Positions 1-13,209 of a stretch of DNA of 64,000 nt are shown here, piece after piece; within the stretch, counting starts at the first letter, position 1, and each line of letters begins with the position of its first letter. The notes beneath the pieces were generated by a model, which saw nothing but the letters and a program-made list of their open reading frames with translations, made no database searches and was not told the DNA's origin. A program made the position numbers and the translations under genes. The DNA comes from Octopus vulgaris (lineage: Eukaryota). The DNA is taken from contig OX597815.1 of the NCBI GenBank assembly GCA_951406725.2, positions 71,734,001 through 71,798,000 on the forward strand. Direction: 5' to 3'.

Positions 1-141
1 ATTAGCCATGACCCTCATTACTGTTTTACATTTGAATTGCTACACCTGACCCATTAACTCCTATTGTCATTTAGTAACCAAATGCTAGCAGCCTTGATTT
101 TTTTATCTTTAGTCATTATTAATATTATAATAGTTTTGTAC

Positions 142-142
<1 letters not shown>

Positions 143-178
<36 letters not shown>

Positions 179-800
179 CATCATTAATAATTTTATTGTG
201 ATGTTTGCTATTATTACTAATTAATGTACTACTTATCTTTTGTCATGACATTAATCCATTATACCACTGCTGTTGAAACCAGCAGTACTTCTCTACAAAT
301 ACCACTAAAACTACTGACAGCACAAACACCACTATCAATTAAACATCATCACTACCCGACATGTACTAACATTAGACACCACCAACAACACTACAACCAA
401 TACAATCAGTGTCACCAACAACAATACCAGCACAAAATCTATCCAGACTACCCCCACAAACACTACTGCCAATTAAACGCTATCACTTCCCCAAAAGCAC
501 CAACACTTATTGCAACACCTACACAAACACCATTACTGTGACAACCACCAATGTGAACGCTACTACCACTACCACTACAGTAAACATAAAACACAACCAG
601 TGGAATCATCACTAACATAACCACCAACACAAACATCATCACTGTGACAACCACCAACGCAATCACCACTACTACATTCATCAGTATAAACACTACCAAC
701 ACTACCATTGGCATCAACACTACCACCAATAATAATAACATCACAACTATGACCACCAACACGGACACAAGCACTACTACCATAACCACCACCATCAACA
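143..800. repeat. (TTA)n microsatellite followed by degenerate ACC/ACT/ACA trinucleotide low-complexity tract
   Basis: Directly visible; explains the Thr/His/Val-rich ORFs in the track. Confidence 0.9.
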
Positions 801-1055
801 CTATTTAAAGGAAAAAAGGAAAGGAAAATATTTCTAAGAATTATTTTAGTCAAATAGTTTTTTTTTTTGTTTTTTCATTTCATTTAATTGTAAAACCATT
901 AATAGTTTCTAATCAATCAGTTTAAGTTCGTTACTGATGCGAGGAGTCTGAACGATTGCAATTACAATTACACGGAAACCTTCTTTTGGTTAATTTGTAA
1001 TTACATATTTCATTTAATTATAAAACTTGTTGTGTTACTTAGTTTTTGGTTTCAG

Positions 1056-1094
1056 GTTAACTCACTTCTTATGAGAAGGCAGGAAAACTGTTGA
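1056..1094 (+). CDS. Candidate terminal coding exon (VNSLLMRRQENC*) of an unidentified upstream gene
   Basis: Acceptor tttttggtttcag|G at 1055, then an open non-repetitive frame to TGA; no homology recognised. Confidence 0.25.
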   Translation, partial: VNSLLMRRQENC

Positions 1095-1207
1095 AAGATA
1101 TGTTTGAGACAAGGAGATTGTTTTTGTTGTTAGCATTTGAAGATTGATACTTTTACACGGCTAAACAAATGGGGTAAAATACCAATAATAATGATAACCA
1201 TAATAAT

Positions 1208-2683
1208 AATCTTTTCTACTATAGGCACAAGGCCTGAAATTTTGGGGGAAGGGGGCTAGTCGATCACATCAGCCCCAGGGCATAACTGGTACTTACTTCA
1301 TTGACTTTGAAAGGATGAAAGGCAAAGTTGACTTTGGCAGAATTTGAACTTAGAATGTAAGGGCAAATGAGATGAAAAATAATAATATTAATTATAATAA
1401 TAATAATAATAAAGATGATGATGATGATAATAATAATAATAATCATAATGATCATGATAATAATGATGATGATAAGGATAATAATGATGATGATGATACT
1501 CCTTTCTACTAAAGGCACAAGGCCTGAAATTTGGTGGGAGGGAACTAGTTTATTACATCAACCCCAGTGTTTATCAGGAGGGTTCTAAGCACTTGAGAGA
1601 CTATTGAAAGCTTGTGAATATCTAAGGTTACAGGTAGTAACTCACTACCCCCATAAACCCTACCAGGGATAAGACCAAGCCTGAGTCAAATCAATAATAA
1701 CAATAATAATTTCAAATGTTGGCACAAGGCCAGCAATTTTGGGGGAGGAGATAAGTCAATTACAGTGACCCTAGTGCTCAACTGGTACTTATTTTATCAA
1801 CCCCAAAAGGATGAAAGATGAAGTCAACCTGAGTGGAATTTGAACTCAGATCGTAAAGATAGATGTAATGCCATCAAGCATTTTCTCCACCATGCTAACA
1901 ATTCTGCCAGCTCACCACCTTATATAACAATAATGATGATAATAATAATCTTTCTAATATAAGCATAAAGCCTGAAATTTGAGGTGGGGGAGGGCTTGTC
2001 GATTGCACCAACCTCAGTATTTGACTGGTACTTACTTCATCAACCCAAAAGGATGAAAGGCAAAGTGGACCTTAACAAGATTGGAACGCAGAATGTATAG
2101 AAATTTTGCCAAGGTCAACTTTGCTTTTAATCTTTCTGGGTTCAATGAAATAAAATACCAATCATGTACTGGGGTCAATGGTATTGATTAAGCAGAGTGT
2201 TAGAAATTTTGAGGTGAAGGAGTTAGTTGATTACATTGATCCCAGGACTAGATTAGTACTTTATTTTATCAACCCTGGAAAGTTGAAAAGGTAAAGTTGA
2301 CCTCAGTGGGATTTGAACTCAGAATATAAATGCTGCAAAGAATTTTGACCAACATTCTAACAATTTTACCACTTCACCTCCCTTATAATAATAAGATTCT
2401 ATTAATCCACCATCCAAGTGGTTATAAGTGTGATTTCCTCATCTATATATAATAATAGTTGATATAATAAGGCGATGAACTGGCAGAAACGTTAGCACAC
2501 TGGGCGAAATGCTTAGCAGTGTTTCGTCTGTCTTTACATTCTGAGTTCAAATTCTGCTGAGGTCGACTTTGTCTTTCGTCCTTTTGGGGTTGATAAATTA
2601 AGTACCAGTTGATTACTGGGGTCAATCAAATCAACTGGCCCCCATTCCCAAAATTTCAGACCTTGTGCCTAGAGTAGAAAAGA
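1208..2683. mobile_element. Cluster of about 7 full or partial copies of tRNA-derived SINE family A (mostly minus strand; 2469-2683 plus)
   Basis: Shared head ggcgagctggcagaa..gttagca..aaatgcttagc..gagttcaaattc (A/B-box like), core gactttgcctttcatcctttyggggtcgataaa..agtaccag, tail aggccttgtgcct..agtagaaa, separated by (ATA)n. Confidence 0.9.
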
Positions 2684-3459
2684 ATGACAGTAGATGTAAT
2701 GTTGGTTAGTTGGTTTATTTCTCCAGTCTTATTTTTCCTGGCATTACATCATATAGAAAGGCAAAGATTGAGTAAAAGATAGATTCAGAGAGTTTACATA
2801 AAGGGTGTAAGGTGAGTGCTGATAGAAGGCTTGGTGGCAGGCAATGATAACTTTCTAAAAAAAATTTTTTTCAATAAAAATCGACAAGCCCTCCCCCACC
2901 TCAAATTTCAGGCTTTATGCTTATATTAGAAAGATTATTATTATCATCATTATTGTTATATAAGGTGGTGAGCTGGCAGAATTGTTAGCATGGTGGAGAA
3001 AATGCTTGATGGCATTACATCTATCTTTACGATCTGAGTTCAAATTCCACTCAGATTGACTTCATCTTTCATCCTTTTGGGGTTGATAAAATAAGTACCA
3101 GTTGAGCACTAGGGTCACTGTAATTGACTTATCTCCTCCCCCAAAATTGCTGGCCTTGTGCCAAAATTTGAAATTATTATTGTTATTATTGATTTGACTC
3201 AGGCTTGGTCTTATCCCTGGTAGGGTTTATGGGGGTAGTGAGTTACTACCTGTAACCTTAGATATTCACAAGCTTTCAATAGTCTCTCAAGTGCTTAGAA
3301 CCCTCCTGATAAACACTGGGGTTGATGTAATAAACTAGTTCCCTCCCACCAAATTTCAGGCCTTGTGCCTTTAGTAGAAAAGAGTATCATCATCATCATC
3401 ATCATCATTATTATCATTATCATCATCATTATTATCATTATCATCATCATTATTATCAT
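1454..3459. repeat. Near-identical inverted duplication: 1454-2004 vs 2879-3459
   Basis: Reverse-complement match read across the arms, spanning several different repeat fragments and their junctions. Confidence 0.95.
1573..1710 (+). mobile_element. 3' end of an R4/Dong-like non-LTR retrotransposon (second copy inverted at about 3173-3311)
   Basis: atc agg agg gtt cta agc act tga = IRRVLST*, like the ..ILRRVL..* C-terminus of R4/Dong ORFs, then a short 3' UTR and (AAT)n tail. Confidence 0.5.
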
Positions 3460-3754
3460 AAAATGTTGCATAGATAGATTTTTTTATGGAGTAGACTGTG
3501 GTTTGTGTCAATAAAACTTTTTTTAATAACATATGTATTGCAAATATACAAATGAGAAATTTGTTGCATTTGATTATATTTTAAGGTAATTAATATTTTT
3601 CATATGCAAATTTATCTTAATTTTATCATTTTATGCAAACACTAATAACTTTAATAAAAATTAAAATATAATTATTGTATGTATGCCATGGTTCCTGATA
3701 TTATACTCATGGTGGTAAAAATATGCTCCCATATGATGGGAAATACTCTAATAA

Positions 3755-3950
3755 TGATTTTAAATTTAGGTACTAGGCATGCAATTTTGGAAGTGGGATA
3801 AGCCAATTACATTAGACCCTGTGTTCAATTGGTACTTATGGAAGGCAACGTCTATCCTGGCGGCATTCGAACTCAAAACATAAAGTTGGAAGAAATGCCA
3901 CTAAGCATTTTTCCTGGTTCATTAATGATTCTGCCTGTTCGCCACTTTAC
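3755..3950 (-). mobile_element. SINE family A copy (decayed)
   Basis: Reverse complement of family A head, core and tail. Confidence 0.8.
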
Positions 3951-4928
3951 TCTAGTTTAATAATAATTGTATATTTATTACTAGTTTGTTTATGTATTTA
4001 TTTTTGCACTGGCATTAGGTATTTAAGAAGGTTTCTTATTACAAAGTCAGGGAATGGTCTACCAGAGCACTTTATTGGCCAATCTAAAAAGTCTAGTTTA
4101 ACTCTGAAGTCCTCCCATCACTTAACTTTGAACAATTTTTTATTGACTGTACTGCAACTGTTCACACCTCAGTATACCATATGCACAAAAGAGGATACTT
4201 GTTTCCTAGTCAAGCCTTTTAAACCTCCTTCTTTGCTTGGAAGGCATCTTTAAATTGCTGCTTAACCCAAGGGTTTCTCCTATCACCTGCCACAGCACAC
4301 TGGATGTTTCTGATAAGACCCTATGGAAGAGGTACCTGAGGACTTTACTACCCCAACAACCCTCCCAAGAATAGTGGGTGGCAAAATTGAATGGATGGGT
4401 GGATGGATGGTTGAATGGAAACTGGCATGAAAAAGAAAGTTAACTTTGTTAGAATTTGAACTCAAAGCAGTGAAAGATGAAACTATATGTGGATGTATAT
4501 TAAAATTAGTCTTACCACCCCACCCCCACCTCTATCACCTGCAATAATTTCAGTTACCTCCAAACCTGTCTCAGCCAATTTGTAATAATTACATATTTCA
4601 TTAAAAATATGTACTTAATCTAAATTTTGTATGATTTAATTTATTTCTGGACTATCAGAAATATCTTTCATTTTACTCTGTAATGAACATTTTATTCCAT
4701 CGCTGTACAGGAATTAACACAAATTGATCTTAGCATCTTCTTTTTATTTTATTTTTATTTTATTTATCTGGTATTTTGTTTATCTGGTATATGCATTTGA
4801 AGCAGTATTTAATTAAAATAGCCACCTATGTATCATACTTAATGTACACACACTGTCAATAGGCCAGTCACTGCAATATTTATCTGGAGATAACATCTCT
4901 TATGAACTTGCAATGTTGAAAACAATAA

Positions 4929-4965
<37 letters not shown>

Positions 4966-5024
4966 GAATTCATCCCAGCAGTGGTCAGCAAGATGATATA
5001 TGGCTTTGTTTTGTTTTTTTTTAA

Positions 5025-5252
5025 TTAACCCTTTAGTATTCAGATTACTCTGTTAAATGTATGCCTTTTTATTCACATTGTTATGAATTTATCATGCATT
5101 ATCATGTAACTTTGCGCCTACGACAATGTGATTGTTTATTTTTAGCATAATATTGTAGGGTAGGTGTGAGGGGCCAGGATCTAATTGGTTTGAATACAAA
5201 ACAGATAGAAAATTTGGGCCAGATATAGCCTGTTTAAATGCTAAAGGGTTAA
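5025..5252. mobile_element. About 220-bp piggyBac-like MITE (TTAA TSD, CCCTTTAG termini)
   Basis: ttaa|ccctttagtatt ... aatgctaaaggg|ttaa; related copies at about 34364-34591, 36483-36673, 38243-38441, 46130-46341, 50285-50461, 60185-60402. Confidence 0.8.
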
Positions 5253-6619
5253 ATATTGATTCATATATCAGAGCTGATGAATTATCATCCAAGTAAGTAG
5301 TTAGTTACAACTACACACCAATGAAAAGGCCCAAAAAGGCTGAAATGCATCTGGCACTTTTGCTGACTACTTCTGGGATGAGTTTTTAACACAGCATGTC
5401 CAGAAGTGAGGTTATCTCCAGACAAAAACTGCAGTAATTGGCCTATTGACAGAGTGTATATACGTTAAGTATGATACATAAATGGCTAGTTTTTATTTTT
5501 TTGCTTAGTTATTGTTTCCTGTAATTTTTTCCATGTTTTTTCTGATTCTTTATATGGAATTGTTTTCACCAATTTGTATATTTGCATATTGTTGGGGCAA
5601 GTTTTTTTTATCATTATTATTATTTTTAAAATGGAAGCGATTTCTGATGCTAACATACACAAAGAAACCTTATTATCAACCAAGATGGCAGAGTTATAAG
5701 ACATACCCAAGTGCATAAAATAATGGCTGCAGTAGTCAGATTTGAACACTCGATTGTAATGATCAGTTGTTCAATAACTTAATCGCACAGTCATCATGAC
5801 CAAATTCAGGAATCTATTCTAGATATTTATTCTAGCTAATCTTTAACCCTTTTTCATATCAACCCACTTGAAACTGACAGTATTGGTTCTACAATATAAA
5901 CTTCCTGTTTTTAAGTGAACTAAGTTAAAATCTTCCATCAAACTTTCTTGTTAATTTATGTTCTAAACACCCCATTATATACAAATTACACATATGTCAG
6001 CTAAATATCAAATGATAGTTAATTCATAGTTGTGTTTACATTCAAATCTATGAACCTACACCAGTGAAACACTTAGGTAATAAAATATATAGGCTGCCTG
6101 TTATCCATGACTAGGCTTGATAGCATTGGTGGCTTTTGGAAACTAGTGATGATGTCAAAATTTCTTTACTTTTCTTAGCTAGTAGGGGTAGGGTCTTTTA
6201 TCAAAGAGATATCTTTGGCACCAGTGGCTCTAACTGTACAGAAATAAAGTGATTTATTTTATCTTGTGAACCTGCAAGGATTGGGGAAAAGGAGTCGCAT
6301 CAAACAACTTTAGTTTGAAGGGGGCTAAAGATGAAGAGCCTAAAATAAAGTTTGTCTGGCTGCAAATATTATGGACATGTTAGGAGAATAGATTATGTGT
6401 TGCGTTCTTGAGTAAAACACTTCATTACATGTTACTCCAGTCCACTCATCCATAAATGAGTAACTCTGAAGGACTGGTGACCCATTCAAGGGGATTGTTG
6501 TAATCTCAGTTACTTTAACACCATGGCAACTGGGTAACCAACCCCATGTATTCTAGAACTGAAGACACTAATATCCAGGGGTTGATGATGATATATGTTA
6601 GTAATCCTAACAGAAAAAT

Positions 6620-6845
6620 GTCACCATCATCATCATCAACATTTAACGTCCATTTTCCATGTTGGCATGGGTTGGATGGTTTGATAGGAGCTGGTAAGGC
6701 TGGAGGCTACATCAAGCCTCCGTTGTTTGTTCTGGCATGGTTTCTATAAATAGATGCCCTTCCTAATGCCAACCACTTTACAGAGTGTACTGGGTGCTTT
6801 TCATATGGCGCCAGCACCAGTGCTTTTAAGATAGCACCAACACCA
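6620..6845 (-). mobile_element. RTE-type 3' tail fragment (SINE/LINE end) with (CAT)n
   Basis: tttaacgtccattttccatg..ggttgga..gatgcccttcctaatgccaaccac matches the 3' UTR of the RTE at 39671-39870; similar fragments at about 8915-9165, 37080-37310, 49730-49890, 62990-63150. Confidence 0.75.
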
Positions 6846-7514
6846 ATTATGAAAAAAAAAATTGGTATGACTGTGATAAAGTTGGTTAGAAGATAATGCA
6901 ATTGAAAGAAAACGGGAGATAAAGATCTGAGTACCATGCATAACATCTTATATATTCGAAAACAAAAGAACAACTGTAAAAATGGTGATATTAATGCCAG
7001 TGGAGAAGTAATATATACATTAATAGCTAGTATATAACCCACTCCATCAAATAATAAGATGTATCATGCTATCAAACAATCATTCATTTATGTCAGACAG
7101 TCATTAATTAATTGCTCAATTTATTCTTAAAAATTAACTTATTTCTTTGTCATATATCAACTTCTTAATTGTTTTTAATTGTTAATTATTCAAATTAAAA
7201 GCATTGATTTAATTCTTATCATATTGGAGGCAAGGGTTTTTCCACTATTTTTCTTAAGCCAACTAGTTTAGTTTTTAATTAGACAAGCATAAATCATCAA
7301 CTAATTACAGCTTGACCGTTAATTTTAAACAGCAACTACTGTTTATATATTATACAATGATAGATGTATCTACAAGCCACAGAAGATCTTACTAAAACCA
7401 TACTTAAAACAAGATATATGTAAGTTAGGTCTGTCTGTCTGGTACCAATTTCTCACAATTTTGATTAATGGTGCCATGGAGAATGAAGTGATATCATGAA
7501 GACGACAACAGATG

Positions 7515-7960
7515 TAGGCATGGCTGTGTGGTTAAGATGCTAGCTTTGCAACAATATAGTTTCAAGTTCAGTTCCACTATGCAACACTTTGGGTAAGGGT
7601 CTTCTACTACAGTCCTGAGCCGACCATTGCTTTCAGAGTGAATTTCATAGACAGAAACTGTATGGAAGCCCTCCATGTATGTATATAAATATGTATGTGC
7701 ACATGTGTCTTTGTTTCTAGGTTTGTTCCTTCCTCCTTTGCACTTCTAAAAAAAATCACGCAGCTATGGGCAGTGACATTGCCATAAGTTTTTTTCTGTT
7801 AATGGATCAGCAGCAGATTCAAGGACAATAAAATATTCCTTCACTAGAAAAATTTTTTTAAGTACTGCTGAGTGTTAGCAACAGGAAGAACATCCATCAG
7901 TGAAACAGTTCCCCATAAGATATCCATCTAACCCATGCTAACATACGAAAACAGATATAA
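7515..7960 (+). mobile_element. tRNA-derived SINE family B (CORE-like) with RTE-like tail
   Basis: Head ggcatggctgtgtggttaag..gttcagttccact..ttgggtaagggtcttctacta; other copies at about 10410-10650, 16165-16560, 23400-23780, 27890-28090, 33265-33570, 33862-34270, 34820-35140, 35370-35735, 35990-36330, 47630-49030, 57040-57410, 62065-62440. Confidence 0.85.
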
Positions 7961-9164
7961 AAACAAGCCAAGGATAAATCAAATCAAAATTACTCAAGGT
8001 ACAGAAATTTATCCTTGGTGAAGTATAGCAATTACCAACTCTGTTGGTTGTGGCTTACTGCAATCTCTTAAGTCTACTGCATACTTCATTAGTGTAATTG
8101 AACTATTTACAATTTCAATATCATCTGTTCACGTCTAATTCTTCACCCAACTCATGTTGCCATTAATTGGATACATCTACTCAAACTCCTCTTCATCTCT
8201 CTTTCTGTCTTCCTATCTTCTCTCTCATTCTCTCTCTCACACAAACACTATCTCTCCTTTCGCTTCCTCTCTGTCATTCTACTCCTCTCTCCTTCTACTT
8301 CCTCTCTCTCTCTCTCTCTCTTTCTCTCTTCTTTATCTAATTCTTAATCATTCTCTTGGTCTTTTACTACATCCTCTATCATCCATTTTTCTCACATGAC
8401 CATCTTGAATCACCACTTCCCACCATTTTACATAGTTTTGTTGGTGCTGCTAAGATATATATTTGGCAAACTGAACTCTTGACTACTACTACTACTACTC
8501 TACCACTACTCTTTGTATGCCAATTAAGATTTGGGGCAATCATTCACCTAAAAATACAGCTGTCATTGCTGCAACTACTACTACTACCCTTGCTGCTGCT
8601 GTTAATACTACTACTACTGCTTGAATATGTTAGTCCTTCACTAGTTTTCAAAGTTCATTCCCACTATGTGGACTCAGTCAGTTGGTCATCATCATTTTAC
8701 TATCCTTTTTCCATGCTTGCATGTATCAGATGGAATTCGTGGAGCAGATGCACTTCCTGTCACCAACCCTTGTTTCCAAGCAATGTAATATTTCCCCTAC
8801 AGCCAGACATGTTTACACAGAAGATTAGACATGAAGAACACCTCTTGTATGACAGTGACACTTGTTTACAACTGCTGTGAGATTACACACACACACTCAT
8901 ACTCCTCCTCCCGACTGGCTCCTGTACCGGTGGCACATAAAAAGCACCATCTGAACGTGGTCGATGGCAGTGCCGCCTGACTGGTTCCCATGCCAGTGGC
9001 ATGTAAAATGCACCCACTACACTCTCGGAATGTTTGGCATTAAGACGGGCATCCAGCTGTAGAAACCTTGCCAGATCAGATTGGAGCTTGGTGCAGCCTA
9101 TTGGCTTGCCAGTCCCCAGTCAAACCATCCAACCCATGCCAGCATTAAACGATGATGAGGATGA

Positions 9165-9222
<58 letters not shown>

Positions 9223-10204
9223 AAGAGAGAGAGAACCATTTTTAACGTCTACTTTGAGCTTGATTGATTGCAGGATAGCACACAGTATGCTATACAACAA
9301 GCATGAAAACTCTAGTAGCTCACATTCAAATCTTGTGTTTATTAAATAATACTCATCTATCTCTTCTGGATGGAGTGCTTTTCTTGTTGATCCTACCAGT
9401 AACAAAACAGTACGCTGTGTGTGTGTGTGTGTGTATTAGAGAGAGAGGGAGAGAGAGATAATGTAATTTAAGATTTTAACAAACATTGAAATGAATGAAA
9501 AGTTAAGTCTCTTTAAAGATCAATCTGTCATGCTATTTTCTGATGACATCATGTATTCAGCACTGCACTATATATGCCTACTGTCATTTCTCATTTTCTC
9601 ATTCTCACTGTTTCACACTCACAATCAATGTGTATGTAAATAGTATTTCAAACACACACACACATGTATGTTTTCCTGTTCCATTTGTTTTGCTTCTACT
9701 TTTTGATGTTACAACCAAGATCAAGATACGAATCATGAAATGTTTTCCTTGTTATCCTGACATGAAAGTACAAACAACCTTGGACTAATTCTACTCTGGT
9801 GGTTGTTGTTGTTTTAAACAACTGGAATCTAGCATATGATCTCTAGTCTCGACTCATGCATTCTCAGCTGTATTTCTCTTGCTTCTTGCTAAACCCCAGG
9901 TAAGCCAGGAGCCATCAGACTTATAATCAAGATGTTTCAGCTACGATCTCCTCAACACTTTTTTTTTTTTCAGACATAAACTCAGAGCGTGAGACGTTTA
10001 GGCACAGCCGTTTTGGCGTCGCTGATGTTTGTCTCTCCCTTTATTATTGTGTGAACATATTTCTTTTTATATGTATGAGGAGAGGGAAAGTGTTTATGTC
10101 AATCGTATTCAATTAATAATTGCAATCTGTGTGTGTGTGTGTGTGTGTGTATGTGCGTGTGTGCGCGTGTGTGTGTGTTTCTATGCACGCAAACGTGAGT
10201 GTAT

Positions 10205-10295
10205 TTACTTCCTGTGCCAAAAAGTACTGTCACAACAGGCTGAATGTCCAATCAGACGTCAAATCATCTGCGTCTTGACAGCTATATCCAATCAT
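10205..10295. promoter_or_regulatory. Promoter-like motif cluster: ETS (ACTTCCTG), two CCAAT boxes 40 bp apart, CRE-like GACGTCA
   Basis: Motifs at 10207, 10248, 10255 and 10288, in unique sequence at the CpG-poor/CpG-rich boundary. Confidence 0.35.
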
Positions 10296-10815
10296 TTCGT
10301 TCTGATTATCTTTTGAATTTGTTTGTATGGGGTTTTCCTTTGTATTTTAAGACAACAGTTGTGTGGAATTTAAGGGTGATTTGGCTGCTGTTTTTAGGTG
10401 ATCTGATGACCCAAGCGTTCTCAGTGGGTTTGGTAGACGGGAACTGAAAGAAACCCGTCGTGTATATGTGTGTCTCTTTTTTTACAACCGGTATCGGTGT
10501 GTTTACGTCTCTATTAACGGTTCAGCAAAAGAGTCCATTAGAAAAAGTACTAGGCTTTAAAAAATAAATCCTGGGGTCGATTTATTCGGCTAAAACCCTT
10601 CAGGACGATACTCCAGCATGGCCGCAGTCAGATGACTGAAACAAATAAAAGAATAAAAGAATATATTAGAGATGTGGTACTTAACATTTAGTAGTTCAGT
10701 TGCCCCTTTCAGCAATTGGTATTTTAAACCGAGTTTAAAGAAATACCAGATTGTAATTGTAGTAGTAATAGAATATACAGGGAGGAGACATGGGTTTGTA
10801 ATATTTATTAGTTGT

Positions 10816-11015
10816 AACGTTAGCACGCCGGGCGAAATGCTTAGCGGTATTTCGTCTGTCTTTATGTTCTGAGTTCAAATTCCGCCGAGGTCGACTGTGC
10901 CTTTCATCCTTTCGGGGTCGATAAATTAAGTACCAATTGTGTACTGGGGTCGATCCAATCGACTGGCCCCACTTCCTCCAGAATTTCGGACTTTGTGCCT
11001 AGAGTAGAAAAGAAT
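10816..11015 (+). mobile_element. SINE family A copy with intact CpGs
   Basis: cgttagcacgccgggcgaaatgcttagcggtatttcg...gtcgataaattaagtacc. Confidence 0.9.
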
Positions 11016-11608
11016 ATACTGGTGATGGTGCATGGCCTAATCGATTCTCAGACCGGGCGATGAAATGCAATGTGCTCTTGAACAAAACACTTCATTTCAT
11101 GTTGCTGAGCGATCACTTCGACATCTGACGTACAAACACAAACATTTGATCTCTGTAAAGAAATTCATGGCTGTGACAGTAGAGTCCACGATATTGGGTG
11201 AGGTGAACGTTTGCCTCTCAGCTTGATGGCTCTGTTTTGTTTGCAGTTAGAATGTCTGAGTATGTAGATCCTGATAAAGCGAATCTCTTTTAAAATAAGG
11301 CTTTATTTTATGATTAGCAATATTACAGTACAACAATGGTGACTGGATACAAACTATCGACTTACCAACTTTGCCTGCCTGCCAGCTGTAATTCCCTGTT
11401 AAAGTGTATAATGATTATAAGAATACGAGGGAAGAGAGAGAGAAAGAAAGAAAATACCAGCATGGAAGGTGTATTTGAATGGATTTCGTAATTAACTGGC
11501 ATTAAATATAACCAGAACAGCCAGGAGAACCGAGTTAAGACCTGGGGTAGGAAGATTCGTTCTTTTCATAGGGAACAAGATGAGTTAATACAGAATATAT
11601 CTAAAATA

Positions 11609-11693
<85 letters not shown>

Positions 11694-13022
11694 CTCATGA
11701 CAGAATGCTACAGACAATCATGAAGCTGTCATTGAACTAATGAAGATAATTGTTGTGATAGTGAAGATATTTTGGTATGGTTTGATTTGGTTTTTCTTTT
11801 TGTTTGTTTTTTCCCCCTAAGTTGCTGATTCAATGCATTTGTGATGGATGAAGTAAAACAAAAATTGATGAAATCGTTTCCTCTCAGTTTTCAATAAATC
11901 CATTAATTAGCCTCTGTTAACTTCTTTCAGTATTTTCCATTCAATTCCAGAAGATATCCACAAGAGAATCTATTGATTAGAAAACTACAGGTTTAAAATG
12001 TCAGGGTAGGTTGCCGTAACCCATTTGTAAGCTACCCAAATGATTGCTGGATGGTTTATAAAGGCTTTTTTTGTGTGTGCTTTTATTTATTGACAAACAT
12101 TTAAAATACGTTTGGCGTTATCTTGGAGGTTAGTTAGCCCTATCTGCTTTCATAATTTTTTTTAACATCCCCACAAACACACACACCTACTTTATTTCCA
12201 CAATAAAAAGTTGACTGTGACTTTGAAATTTCGGCGTACTTGCCTTTATCAAAGAAGACTAAGTTAAAACTTCGAAGTTACTGTCAACCATTTTGTTAAA
12301 ATAAAATAAATGCGATACTCTTCTTAAAGGTATTGAGTAATACTTCAGTTAATGCATGACTTATTTAATTGATACAGGAGTTATGCGTGAGCTACTTTAA
12401 GTTTTATGCTCAGATAGTCAGTAATCGTACAGGCGTGTATAATATTTTAGGACTCGACAATCATTTAAGCCCAAATAACATAGCGTACCGTACGATACGC
12501 TGTGTTATTTCATTACTACACCGTCCAAGCATGAAACTTGAAGTAGCTCACGTGGTAGAAAATACTTACCATGCACAGTGGAATCGAGGAATCGAACTCA
12601 AGACCACATGCTCGTGAAGAGAATTTCTTCATTATACAGATATGATATACCGACACTCTTCTAGCATATTGTCTTTTGTTTTTCCTTGTCGTAGCCATCA
12701 TGCTGGCGACACAACTAAAAATAAATATCTAAGACAGTACATGGCTTTGGTTCCTCCTCTGATAAATATTCTCTGTATAGATTCGCTTGTAGATTGCATA
12801 CTACTGAAGTTAATATATGTGCTACATATTGTCTTTTTGAATACCACTTGTTTTCGTAGTGGTTTATTTAGGGTGCAGTAGTCTTATTATATTGTCAGGG
12901 GAACAGTGAGAAAGCTGTAACAGAGAGAGATGGAGAGAGGAGGGGAAGATCTAATAGAGGTAGAATCAGCAAAAAAAAAAAAAAAGAACTCCATCCAGTG
13001 AGAGATAAATATCGATTTAAAT

Positions 13023-13209
13023 ACACAACTGAAAGAGCTACTAATAGTTTCATGCTTTTATGATACTTGAGCAGGCATATTTATAAAATACGTCATGTAT
13101 CTTCAAGCCTGAAAGATTGCTTGAAGGTACATGGCATATTATATATATTATATATACTTAGTTAAAGTATCGTAAAACATGAAACTATTAATAGCTCTTT
13201 CGGTTGTGT
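13023..13209. repeat. Imperfect palindrome (about 85-90 bp arms, 10-nt loop)
   Basis: acacaactgaaagagctactaatagtttcatg...cttcaagc [ctgaaagatt] gcttgaag...catgaaactattaatagctctttcggttgtgt. Confidence 0.85.

Noticed and set aside
224-853. Thr/His/Gln- and Val-rich ORFs resembling mucin or membrane proteins
   Set aside because: Products of a degenerate trinucleotide tract open in several frames; no splice or domain support
1264-1518. Poly-Ile hydrophobic ORF
   Set aside because: Translation of an (ATT/ATC)n microsatellite plus SINE
6520-6540. ccatggcaac RFX-like half site
   Set aside because: Lies in the tail of a SINE C copy
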